Shown: positions 54,431 through 63,086 of the stretch, in pieces
Numbering within the stretch: the stretch's first letter is position 1
Layout of the letters: each line of letters begins with the position of its first letter
DNA from: Candidatus Bathyarchaeota archaeon
GTDB taxonomy: Archaea; Thermoproteota; Bathyarchaeia; 40CM-2-53-6
Direction of reading: 5' to 3'
Length of the DNA stretch: 63,239 nt
Assembly (NCBI GenBank): GCA_005881695.1
Contig: VBBT01000113.1
Span: 1-63,239 of the forward strand
Translations under genes and position numbers: made by a program
The notes under the pieces: model-generated
What the model was told of the DNA's origin: nothing
The model's input: the letters and a program-made list of their open reading frames with translations, nothing else
The model's database searches: none

Positions 54431-54570
54431 ACTATTCTCATCTCAAGTGTCAACTGTTCCGAGCTTTAACTGTTTACCATAATTAGTACAGGAACCCGAT
54501 CTTCTCCAAGGAAACCTTATTCTTCGGCCCAATTTGGTCTCGACTAGGCGGCTAAGAACTGAAAGTAGTC

Positions 54571-55308
54571 GTGTGTATGCGGCGCGTCCCGGACACAGCA
54601 ACCCGCATCAAAATAGCGTTAGATGGGAAATCAATTGCTACGAGCGATGCAGAGTTCGTAATCAACCCCTACGAAGAATACGCCCTAGAGCAGGGCGTCC
54701 AGTTGAAGGAGAAATACGGCGGGGAAGTCATTGTGCTCACCCTCGGACCAGAGAAGTCGACAAGCGTAATTCTCAAAGCTCTAGCGCTCGGCGCGGACAG
54801 GGCTATTCATCTCAAGAGCGAAAATTTTCCAGATGACCCAAGCGCGGTCGCCCGAGCAATTGCAACGGAATTGAAAACTGTCGAATTCGACGTTCTGTTA
54901 TTTGGCAAGAAGGGTGTTGACGACGACAGTCAACAAGTCGGGCCGATGGTGGCCGAACTTCTTGGAATTCCATGCGTCACTCAAATCGTCAAACTCGATA
55001 TCTCGGCAGGCAAAGCGGTAGCGCATCGAGAAGTTGAAGGAGGAGTAATCGTTGTCGAAGCTACGCTTCCGGCAGCATTTACCGCTGAGAAAGACCTCAC
55101 GGTTCCCCGATACGCGTCGCTTAGAGAGCTAGTTGCTGCGAGAAAGAAGCCCATCCTCGTGAAAGAACCTCAACAGTTTCCCGGCATTCTAGAGACTATC
55201 TCAGTCCAATACCCTCCTCCTCGACCCCCAGGCAGGGTTCTAGGGAAGGGCGTTGAAGCTGTTCCAATGTTGGTCAAGGTTCTGCACGAAGAGGCCAAGG
55301 TGATCTAG
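54571..55308 (+). CDS. etfB: Electron transfer flavoprotein beta subunit (FixA-type)
   Basis: VPDTATRIKI...INPYEEYALE pattern. GTG 54571 truncates the conserved first strand. CTG 54559 would give MKVVVCMRRVPD. Confidence 0.85.
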   Translation: MCMRRVPDTATRIKIALDGKSIATSDAEFVINPYEEYALEQGVQLKEKYGGEVIVLTLGPEKSTSVILKALALGADRAIHLKSENFPDDPSAVARAIATELKTVEFDVLLFGKKGVDDDSQQVGPMVAELLGIPCVTQIVKLDISAGKAVAHREVEGGVIVVEATLPAAFTAEKDLTVPRYASLRELVAARKKPILVKEPQQFPGILETISVQYPPPRPPGRVLGKGVEAVPMLVKVLHEEAKVI

Positions 55309-55311
55309 CAA

Positions 55312-56295
55312 GTGCAAGGTCCGATACTCGTCTTCGCAGAGTCCTCGGGGAGCGAGTTCCGAAAGTCAGCCTTCGAAGCGGTAACAGAGGCCCGACGGCT
55401 AGCGGATCTGTCAAAGACAGAGGTACACGCATTGTCCATCGGTCACAAAATAAGAGACCAAGCGAGTTCTCTCGGAAAGTTCGGCGCGGACAAAGTTTCG
55501 GTCGCCGAAGACGAGATGTTGAAACTCTTCCAACCCGATTTCTATCGACAAATTGCTCTCGACTTGGCGAAAAGAATTAACCCCAGCGTCATCCTCCTCC
55601 CCGCCACTTCGACGGGCAAGGACCTAGCGCCCCGTCTCGCAATCTATCTCAACACCGTCGTCGCAACAGAGTGCACCGAGCTGGAAATCAGTGACGATGA
55701 TCTCATTGCAACCCGCCCTGCTTATGCAGGCAAGGTGTTGCTGAAAGTCAAAATGAGGGGCAATCCCAAGATTGCAACTCTTCGCCCAAATGTATTCACT
55801 GCTAAGGAGAGAGTTCCTGCAATCAGTCCGTCGGTCGAATCTCTCTCATTCGAGAAGCCAGCCACTAAGATGACCGTGAAGGAGTTCGTCACTCACGGGG
55901 CGAAAAAGCAAGACCTCACAGAGGCAGGAGTCATCGTTTCCGGGGGAAGAGGGATGGGAGGGCCTGAGAACTACAAGATTCTGGAGGAACTTGCTAGCGT
56001 TATGGGCGGTGTTGTCGGAGCATCGAGAGCTTCCGTCGATGCCGGTTGGAGGCCGCACTCGGACCAGGTTGGACAGACGGGTAGAACCGTGTCCCCGACA
56101 CTGTACATCGCATGCGGCATCTCTGGAGCCATTCAACACAGAGTTGGCATGATAAACTCGAAGGTGATAGTCGCGATCAACAAGGACCCCGAAGCGCCCA
56201 TTTTCGGATTCGCGGACTATGGGATTGTGGGGGATGTTTTCGAGGTTGTCCCGGCTCTCACTCAGGAGATGAGAAAGTATTACGGCAAGAACTGA
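55312..56295 (+). CDS. etfA: Electron transfer flavoprotein alpha subunit (FixB-type)
   Basis: The FAD-binding C-terminus matches (VSGGRG, LYIACGISGAIQH, AINKDP.APIF). Confidence 0.9.
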   Translation: MQGPILVFAESSGSEFRKSAFEAVTEARRLADLSKTEVHALSIGHKIRDQASSLGKFGADKVSVAEDEMLKLFQPDFYRQIALDLAKRINPSVILLPATSTGKDLAPRLAIYLNTVVATECTELEISDDDLIATRPAYAGKVLLKVKMRGNPKIATLRPNVFTAKERVPAISPSVESLSFEKPATKMTVKEFVTHGAKKQDLTEAGVIVSGGRGMGGPENYKILEELASVMGGVVGASRASVDAGWRPHSDQVGQTGRTVSPTLYIACGISGAIQHRVGMINSKVIVAINKDPEAPIFGFADYGIVGDVFEVVPALTQEMRKYYGKN

Positions 56296-56304
56296 ACTGG
56301 TTTG

Positions 56305-56673
56305 CTAGGCGTCCTCGAGCTTCGCTTTTAGGAATCTTGCAAGTTCTTGGCTGAGTGGGCTTCGAGACACGTCGATTACGGGCATCTCAATGTTTCCGGA
56401 CCTTACATTGTTGACAAATTCTGCCATGGGAGCGTAGCTTATGGACGCTATGTAGAGTTCTCCTCGGGCGTATTCCTCCGGCATGTCCGAGGGCGGGATT
56501 GGCTGTGATACAAACACCATCTTCTCTGCCCATGTCAGTAAAACAGGTTGTCCCATCTTCATTATGAACGACAACGCGTTCACGAGTTGTTGTGGATTAT
56601 CGTATTTGACAAGTTCTCGGACGACGATCCGTTTCAGCGGCTCGTGGGCTATTTCGACCATTTGGCTGCTCAT
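56305..56673 (-). CDS. Hypothetical protein (122 aa)
   Basis: ORF only. Convergent with etfA. Confidence 0.45.
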   Translation of the reverse strand: MSSQMVEIAHEPLKRIVVRELVKYDNPQQLVNALSFIMKMGQPVLLTWAEKMVFVSQPIPPSDMPEEYARGELYIASISYAPMAEFVNNVRSGNIEMPVIDVSRSPLSQELARFLKAKLEDA

Positions 56674-56728
56674 TGGTGATTTCCTGACTCGGAAGGCAAT
56701 AGGTTGCTGGTTAAGAGGGTTTCCAGGC

Positions 56729-57025
56729 TCAGCCTAGCTTGAAGCTTACTCCCTTTCCGCCGGAGGGGTACTTCCAGCTTATGGCTTTGGCTCCTATCTT
56801 GTGACAAACGATCAGGCAAGCGCCGGTTTCCATACAGCCCTCGGTGTTGTAGTTCAGCTGATCTTGCCATGAGTATACCTGAGCTGGACAAATGTAGAGG
56901 CACGGCTTCTTTTCGCATTTCTGACAGAGCTTTGTGTCTACTTCTATAAACGGCTCAGGATCTTTGCTGAAGCTTACAAGGGCCAAGCGTTTGTCGAGGC
57001 TCATTTCCTCCTGTTTCCCAGACAT
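56729..57025 (-). CDS. fixX: FixX-type ferredoxin-like protein
   Basis: 98 aa. Cys clusters CQKCEKKPCLYICP and GCMETGACLIVC. Downstream of fixC. Confidence 0.8.
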   Translation of the reverse strand: MSGKQEEMSLDKRLALVSFSKDPEPFIEVDTKLCQKCEKKPCLYICPAQVYSWQDQLNYNTEGCMETGACLIVCHKIGAKAISWKYPSGGKGVSFKLG

Positions 57026-57027
57026 GT

Positions 57028-58308
57028 CTAGAACGTCCTCGCTCCAGCAAGAAGGTCGCGGATTAGACTGATCGTGGAGACCTTCCCTTTTGTCTGGGCC
57101 CTCAGCTCTTTGTAGATTTTTCGCTTTCCGTTTCCATCAACGCGATAGATTGCTTCAGCAGCATTGCAAATTAGCTCGGGGTAGACACTGTAGAGCCTGT
57201 GGTTGCGTAGGTATCTTGGCACTTTGCTGAAAACAAACATGTCTTTGAGAGCCGGCTCTTCTTTCAGTTTCCGCTCGTAGGCTTTGAGCGATTGCGCTGA
57301 GTAGTCCTTCCTCTTGCGGGCCTCAAGTATTGTTTGAGCTGCGGCAACGCCGGATACAATTGCCATGTCGACGCCTCTGAAGGTGTAACCATTATTGAGT
57401 AGGTGTCCGGCTGCGTCACCTGCTACGAGCATGCCTCCTGTGTAGGGTCTCGTCAACATCTTAGGCCCAGCTTCGGGGATCATGTGAGCGTCGTACTCGA
57501 TCGTCTTCCCGTCCCTTATGAACCGCTTGACTTTCCGGTGGTTTCGTAGCCTATCCATCACGGTGTGGGAAGGGATCGCTTTCGTTGATGCATCGTCTGC
57601 GCCGACGACCATTCCTAAGGCCAGACTGTCTTTGTTGGTGTACAGGAAGCCTCCGCCTCGCAGTCCGCCCGAGCATTCTCCAACGAAAACATGGGCGGCT
57701 CCCTCTTCCGGTTCAAGACCAAAGCGTTCCTCGATCTTGTCAGCCGGTAGTTCAATGACGTCCTTCATGCCCATCGATACTTCTTCAGGTTCTAGAATGC
57801 TGGCGAGTCCGGCTTTGCGGGCGAGGCTTGTTGTGGTTCCGTCACATGCGATCACCGCATCGGTTGGAATCTTGTCCTGTCCCGCGATTATTCCTTTGAC
57901 ACGCCCGCCTTCGATTATGAGGTCGTCTACTCTTGAATCCGTTATCAGAGATGCTCCGACTTTCTCAGCCTGCTCGGCCAACCATTTGTCGAACTTTGCG
58001 CGGACGGCAGTGAAGCTTCCTTTCGGGTCTTTCGCTTCGTATTCGATACTGAACGAGCTGTCCACTGTCATGAAGGTGATTCCCTCTTTTCTTATGAAGC
58101 GCTCTACCGGCGCGTCTTTCCACTGGTCTCCGAGGAGACGTTTGAGGGCGTAGCTGTAGATACGTCCACCAAAGACGTTCTTTGAACCGGGAAATGTTCC
58201 GCGTTCAACTAGTAGAACTTGGACCCCTTCTCGGGCGAGGGTGAGTGCGGCTGCGCTTCCGGCTGGGCCGGCTCCGACTACTGCGACTTCGAATCCTTCT
58301 AGTGACAA
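57028..58308 (-). CDS. fixC: FixC-type FAD-dependent ETF:quinone/ferredoxin oxidoreductase
   Basis: VVGAGPAGSAAA dinucleotide-binding motif. 426 aa. Confidence 0.85.
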   Translation of the reverse strand: MSLEGFEVAVVGAGPAGSAAALTLAREGVQVLLVERGTFPGSKNVFGGRIYSYALKRLLGDQWKDAPVERFIRKEGITFMTVDSSFSIEYEAKDPKGSFTAVRAKFDKWLAEQAEKVGASLITDSRVDDLIIEGGRVKGIIAGQDKIPTDAVIACDGTTTSLARKAGLASILEPEEVSMGMKDVIELPADKIEERFGLEPEEGAAHVFVGECSGGLRGGGFLYTNKDSLALGMVVGADDASTKAIPSHTVMDRLRNHRKVKRFIRDGKTIEYDAHMIPEAGPKMLTRPYTGGMLVAGDAAGHLLNNGYTFRGVDMAIVSGVAAAQTILEARKRKDYSAQSLKAYERKLKEEPALKDMFVFSKVPRYLRNHRLYSVYPELICNAAEAIYRVDGNGKRKIYKELRAQTKGKVSTISLIRDLLAGARTF

Positions 58309-58382
58309 CTCTAACTCCCTTTAGGGCCGGGTCTCGGGTTTATCGGGTTTAGCTCTAGTCCCGTCCATGCGCAAATGGAGAG

Positions 58383-58943
58383 TTAGCGTGACAGGCTGTC
58401 ATTCTTTTTCGTCTCTCCACTTTCCCATCTCTGTTTCAATATCTGCTCAATCAAATCCACAGCCCGTTTGATCTGCCTTTGCATTGCCATCGGATCGTAC
58501 CCGACCGGCGGCTTGCTGTCCAAGTATCGTCTGTACATGTCAAAATCCAGGAATTTCTTGCTGGTCTCAAAGATCGCCATGAGGGCGGGAGAGTCCATCT
58601 TGTCTAGGTCATCGCGTCTGCAATGATAGAATCCATTGTCCCTCACGAAGGTTATCTTCTCGTTGCCGACGGAGTCGTTGTAGACATCCTCCCAGAGGTT
58701 CCTGTCGATTTCATTCTCCTCTCTTTTCCCAGAGGCTATCTTTGACTCGAATTCCCGATAAAGCCGAGTTGCTTCTTGCTCTGAAACCTCGAGGGCTTTG
58801 GATACCTGTTCGAGGGTCAGACCCTTCTTCAGCAGATAGTAACATGCTTCCTGCAGATACTGAGAAGAATCGTCCTCCACTTTCTCAACATTCAAGGGCG
58901 GATGTTCTCTCCAAGAACTCTCAGAGCTGTCGGGCGCGCTCAT
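58383..58943 (-). CDS. Hypothetical protein with HTH-like segment (186 aa)
   Basis: The segment LTLEQVSKALEVSEQEATRLY is HTH-like. Overlaps the upstream PIN-like gene by 23 nt. Confidence 0.5.
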   Translation of the reverse strand: MSAPDSSESSWREHPPLNVEKVEDDSSQYLQEACYYLLKKGLTLEQVSKALEVSEQEATRLYREFESKIASGKREENEIDRNLWEDVYNDSVGNEKITFVRDNGFYHCRRDDLDKMDSPALMAIFETSKKFLDFDMYRRYLDSKPPVGYDPMAMQRQIKRAVDLIEQILKQRWESGETKKNDSLSR

Positions 58944-59211
58944 GGCTAGTTATGATCTTCTCTAGCGACTCGTGAACGATCTTTGCCTGCACCTCAAGCC
59001 CCAAGTCTACAGCTGGGATACCCATTACTCGGCATCTGCTGAGAAGCTTTCTGTCAAGACTGACTACGATGTATTTATTCGCCTTCGCAAGATTGACGAC
59101 CTCATCGTCAGTGACTCCAGGTCTCACCTTAGTTGTTGTCCAGCCGAGATCTCTAAGGTATTCGTCTAGGCCAAAGAGTTGTTCATCTAGGAGAACTGTA
59201 GGTCTCTGCAT
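58921..59211 (-). CDS. DUF5615 / Mut7-C PIN-like small nuclease-fold protein
   Basis: The pattern LLDEQLFGL..YLRDLGW........DDEVVNLAKANKYIVVSLDRKL resembles DUF5615. Confidence 0.5.
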   Translation of the reverse strand: MQRPTVLLDEQLFGLDEYLRDLGWTTTKVRPGVTDDEVVNLAKANKYIVVSLDRKLLSRCRVMGIPAVDLGLEVQAKIVHESLEKIITSHERARQL

Positions 59212-59293
59212 CTTGAGTGCTCTTTCTCTCTTGGATGTTCTAAACCTCCTAAGAAACCTTACCAGTGGATCCGTCTCTTAGAGTAGAGCTCCG

Positions 59294-59776
59294 CTATTTC
59301 TTGAAGTATCTTCGGCATTTCCTGCACTGGAAACGGTTCTCCGAGATGTTCTTGAGGGGCACGCTGCAAAATGGACATGTGTCCAGAACCGCCAGGTTGC
59401 CTTCCGATCCCGCTAATACCTCTGCCCTGAGAGAGCGTGATCCGTTGCCAATACTCACTTGGTGTCTTCTTGAGTAAACCGTGAAAGAGCCTCCTGCAAT
59501 GGCCGCGGAAGCCAGTAGCCCAATCGGGACGGCGATGCCAACCGAAGAAAATGCGTTGGCCAGGTAGTTTTGCATGAACCTGTTGTGGACGTATTCGTTG
59601 TAGAGCCAACCAGCTAGGGAAATGTTGAGAATTGATTGAATCCCTATCGTAAACGTTTTTCGAGACACTTGGATCAAGTTAACAATTCCCATAGAAGAAA
59701 CATACTCTGTCGCGAATCCAAGAGCTAGACTAGGCGTTCTCGAAAATAAGGCTACCCAAAAGTGGAGTATCCACAC
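59294..59776 (-). CDS. Membrane protein with C-terminal zinc ribbon
   Basis: Four hydrophobic helices, then CPFC...CRKC. Confidence 0.5.
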   Translation of the reverse strand: MWILHFWVALFSRTPSLALGFATEYVSSMGIVNLIQVSRKTFTIGIQSILNISLAGWLYNEYVHNRFMQNYLANAFSSVGIAVPIGLLASAAIAGGSFTVYSRRHQVSIGNGSRSLRAEVLAGSEGNLAVLDTCPFCSVPLKNISENRFQCRKCRRYFKK

Positions 59777-59820
59777 GGAACTAGCGTTGAATCTACGCTC
59801 CGCTCCCAGACGGGATGGAG

Positions 59821-61005
59821 CTATCGATATGCTTCGAAGTCTTGCCCGAGGAGGTTTACTGCGATCTTCTGCACCATGATCTCGTCAGTTCCTTCGTAGA
59901 TTCGGCACACCCTTGTGTCCACTAAGTGTCTGGGTGCTCTTGTTTCGAAGCTGTAGCCGCTTGACCCGAATATCTGGACTGTTCTGTCGGCAGCGTCAAA
60001 GGACGCGTTTGATGCGAAATATTTTGCTTGGGCGATGAGTATGTCTGCTCGCTCGCGGATTTCCTTGTCCTCTGGTTGTTCATCACTGCGTTGTTTGAGC
60101 AGTGCCGCCTTGTATACGAGGTTCTTCGCGGCCTCCAGATTCGTTGACATTATTCCTAAATGACGTTGGACGAGTTGGTGTTTTCCGATCGGTTTCCCAT
60201 GCTGAATTCGCTGCTTCGAATAGTTGACCGCCTCGGTAATGCAATCTTCAATGACTCCCAAACAACCTGCGGCGACACTGAGTCTGCCGCTCATCAGTCC
60301 CGAATACGCGACGCCAAGCCCTTTCCCAGGGGAACCGAGCAGATTCTCCTTTGGGACCCTGCAATTGTCAAGGAAGATCGATCCGGTGTCTGAGGTCGGC
60401 ATTCCTAGTTTGTGTTTCTGTTGCTGGGCTGAGTAGCCCTCGAAACCTTTCTCGACAATGAATGCGCACATTGCATCATGTTTGCCCTTTGGATATGCGA
60501 ATATGACAGAGATGTCGGATATGCTTCCGTTCGATATCCAGGCCTTGCTTCCGTTCAGGAGATAGTGGGTTCCTTTGTCTTCGAAGGACGTTCGAAGCGA
60601 GGTGGGATCGCTGCCCGCGGTAGGCTCTGTCAGTCCAAAACACATTACCTTTTCTCCTCTTGTCGCCTGCGGAAGATAGCGCTGTTTCTGATCCTCATTT
60701 CCCCACTTTTGCACCGTCAACTGGCCCAGTGAGACGTGCCCGGAGAGAAACGTTCGGACGCCAGTTCCTTCTCGGCCGATTCTTTCCAAAGCTAGGGCAT
60801 ATGTGAGAATGTCGGCGCCCTGCCCCTCACCGTACCGTCTCGATATGGGGAGTCCGAGGAGTTGGGCCTTCTTGAAAATGGGGATAAGATGATCGTTAAA
60901 CTTTCCCGCCAAGTAAGCTTGGTCCTCTAACGGGCGGAGTTCTCGACAAGCCCGGTCAACCTCGTCTAGGACAAGCTTCTGTTCGTCTGAAATGTCGAAG
61001 TTCAT
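59821..61005 (-). CDS. Acyl-CoA dehydrogenase
   Basis: ACAD core (GLTEPTAGSD, QIFGSSGY, YEGT). The start is set at ATG 61005 (MNFDISDEQK...). The ORF-track extension to 61287 is non-homologous and overlaps the divergent gene. Confidence 0.85.
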   Translation of the reverse strand: MNFDISDEQKLVLDEVDRACRELRPLEDQAYLAGKFNDHLIPIFKKAQLLGLPISRRYGEGQGADILTYALALERIGREGTGVRTFLSGHVSLGQLTVQKWGNEDQKQRYLPQATRGEKVMCFGLTEPTAGSDPTSLRTSFEDKGTHYLLNGSKAWISNGSISDISVIFAYPKGKHDAMCAFIVEKGFEGYSAQQQKHKLGMPTSDTGSIFLDNCRVPKENLLGSPGKGLGVAYSGLMSGRLSVAAGCLGVIEDCITEAVNYSKQRIQHGKPIGKHQLVQRHLGIMSTNLEAAKNLVYKAALLKQRSDEQPEDKEIRERADILIAQAKYFASNASFDAADRTVQIFGSSGYSFETRAPRHLVDTRVCRIYEGTDEIMVQKIAVNLLGQDFEAYR

Positions 61006-61253
61006 CTTGGAGAGGTCTTCGCTACCTGAGTTTACAATTGTTTTCAATCGAAACGATCTCTCGTTTACTCTTGTCCTTAATGTGAGTTTTGCCGTTGTTT
61101 GAAGTGACGTTAACATGAGCATTTTCCATACTACTTTCCACCCCCTTGTTTTGTCAAGAAAGCATGGAGCAGGGCAGAATATATCTAGTCCGTTGACAAC
61201 GTGAGGAAGGCACAATTCTAATATGATTCGCTGATCGGTTCTTTGCCGGATCT

Positions 61254-61664
61254 TTGGCATTCGCGGGATATGATCCAGAGGCTCCAAAGGGATTTCCCCA
61301 GTTCGCTCAACTTTGTATTGATTCCGCCAAGAAGAACATGAACATGGACCTTGGCTATGACTTGGAGTCTATTAAGAAACTCGATGATGTGATTAGCATA
61401 ATCGGAAAGCCAAAGAATCTCGGCCAAATGGTTACAGTAATTGGCTCATTTCTAGGCGAAGCATTTCGTCGGATATACGATGGAAGATGGGAATGGAGCG
61501 AACAGTTCAAAACTTGGGCAGTAATGTTTCGTCTCCCTGATGGGAAGGAAGAGGGCGCTTTTGTATTTGCGAAGGTACAAAAGCGATTTGTAAACGGAAC
61601 ACAGGACTCTGTTGCTTTCTACGCTCATGTGACGGACAGCAAAGTAAAGGGCAGGATTCCCTAG
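61254..61664 (+). CDS. Hypothetical protein (136 aa)
   Basis: ORF with coding-like composition. Family not recognised. Confidence 0.5.
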   Translation: MAFAGYDPEAPKGFPQFAQLCIDSAKKNMNMDLGYDLESIKKLDDVISIIGKPKNLGQMVTVIGSFLGEAFRRIYDGRWEWSEQFKTWAVMFRLPDGKEEGAFVFAKVQKRFVNGTQDSVAFYAHVTDSKVKGRIP

Positions 61665-61797
61665 TTCCTGCCCTCGGTGAGTAACCTACTGGCTAGACAA
61701 CATTAGTACTTAGCGCCACATTGTACAATGCTAAAATGCGAGTTTTGTCAAAACGTTATATCACTGGCCGAGGGAATCCGTTTGCGCGGCGATCGCT

Positions 61798-61962
61798 TTG
61801 CCAATACAGGTGGATGAGGAAGACATTCCATTCTTTGCTGAGGTCATAGCAGGTGGAAGGATAACAATCCCTGAAGAGATTCGGAAAATCTTCGGAGTGA
61901 AAGATGGAGACCATGTCATGTGCAGAGTACGTCTCGTAAAGCGGGCCGAAGACGTCAAGTAA
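61798..61962 (+). CDS. AbrB/SpoVT-type small DNA-binding protein (below the ORF-track size cut-off)
   Basis: GGRITIPEEIRKIFGVKDGDHV is a classic SpoVT-AbrB swapped-hairpin motif. TATA-like GTTATATC lies at 61755. The start is TTG 61798 or GTG 61810. Confidence 0.55.
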   Translation: MPIQVDEEDIPFFAEVIAGGRITIPEEIRKIFGVKDGDHVMCRVRLVKRAEDVK

Positions 61963-62058
61963 CGCAGCAACGGAGCCCGCGTGGGCCCCTGTGTGTGGAT
62001 TCCTATTTTTGACAATCTTAAATAACATCGCTAGGCTCCGCTCATCTTAGAACCCTAG

Positions 62059-63084
62059 TTGACCCTGGCCGTCTCCGATCCCGCGAGAATAATCGACGGC
62101 TTTCAGGATAAGACGGTCTTGGTCATAGGAGACCTGATGGTAGACCGGTACGTTCGCTCTCAGGGCCGAAAACTCTCAAGAGAAGCCCCGGTTCCCGTCG
62201 CGGATTTCATCTCTGAAGAGCTCGTGCTCGGAGGGGCCGCTAACCTTGCCAATAACCTAGTCGCCCTAGGAGCAAAGGTCCGCGTACTAGGAGTCGTAGG
62301 AAATGACGAGCCGGGAAAGTGGATCCAAGAGGAGTTGGAGAAGAAGGGGGTGGACATCTCAGGGGCTGTCGTGAACAGCCGTCCCACCAGCCTGAAGACC
62401 CGCTTCATCCTGAATCATCGCCAATACCTGAGGATTGACAAGGAATCCCGGACTGATGTGGAAGCGCACGTTACAAAGCAGTTCCTCTACTCTCTGGAAG
62501 ACCTTCTAGAGGACGCTGACGGGATAGTCTTCTCAGACTACGACAAAGGGGTCATCACTCCTGAACTCATAAGCAATGTCGTCGAAGAGTGCCGAGTCCA
62601 AGAGAAGAAAGTCGTGGCTCAGCCAAAGGTCCGGCACTACTTGGACTACGTAGGGGTTTCGATGGTGAAGTCCAATGTTCGCGAGGCAACGATCGCAACC
62701 GGTGTTTCCATGGTCAATGATACCTCGCTGAGGAATATGGGTCACAACCTCATGACAAGGTTGGAATGCGAAGGCCTCCTCCTCACTCGAAGCGAACAAG
62801 GCATGATCCTCTTCGAGAAGAAAAATATCACGAGCTTTCCGCCTTTCAAGGGTCCCAAGCCTGGGTTCAACGCCGTCGGTGTAAGGGACTGCATGACAGC
62901 TGTTCTAGCCATGTCCATTGTCAGCAAGGCGCCGATAGGGGAAGCCGTCCTGCTCGCCGGACTTGCAGCGTCCCAGCATGCGGACAATCTTGGAACTGTT
63001 GTCGTAGACCTGAACGATCTTCGATCTCAAGCTAACACGACACTTGAGCTTGCGGAGCAGATAGTTCAGGTCCCGGTCCACTGA
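62059..63084 (+). CDS. PfkB-family sugar kinase (RfaE/HldE domain I-like heptose-7-phosphate kinase)
   Basis: VLVIGDLMVDRYV, GGAANLANN and a C-terminal GVRD (anion-hole-like) motif. Confidence 0.75.
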   Translation: MTLAVSDPARIIDGFQDKTVLVIGDLMVDRYVRSQGRKLSREAPVPVADFISEELVLGGAANLANNLVALGAKVRVLGVVGNDEPGKWIQEELEKKGVDISGAVVNSRPTSLKTRFILNHRQYLRIDKESRTDVEAHVTKQFLYSLEDLLEDADGIVFSDYDKGVITPELISNVVEECRVQEKKVVAQPKVRHYLDYVGVSMVKSNVREATIATGVSMVNDTSLRNMGHNLMTRLECEGLLLTRSEQGMILFEKKNITSFPPFKGPKPGFNAVGVRDCMTAVLAMSIVSKAPIGEAVLLAGLAASQHADNLGTVVVDLNDLRSQANTTLELAEQIVQVPVH

Positions 63085-63086
63085 TA

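Noticed and set aside
25-58153. Long ORFs antisense to, or out of frame with, conserved genes. Examples are 25-489, 723-1133, 12373-13041, 14303-14887, 28786-29385, 33521-34102, 40405-40878, 42095-42604, 46394-46786, 48032-48730, 52938-53225 and 57518-58153.
   Set aside because: Each lies entirely within a gene that has strong family motifs on the other strand or frame. Their translations are low-complexity (R/S/P/L-rich) with no recognisable domains, which is typical of shadow ORFs.
61006-61287. A 94-aa N-terminal extension of the acyl-CoA dehydrogenase ORF.
   Set aside because: The extension has no homology to ACADs and is Cys/Leu-rich noise. It overlaps the divergent gene at 61254. ATG 61005 gives the usual MNFD...EQ... 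start and a 394-aa protein.
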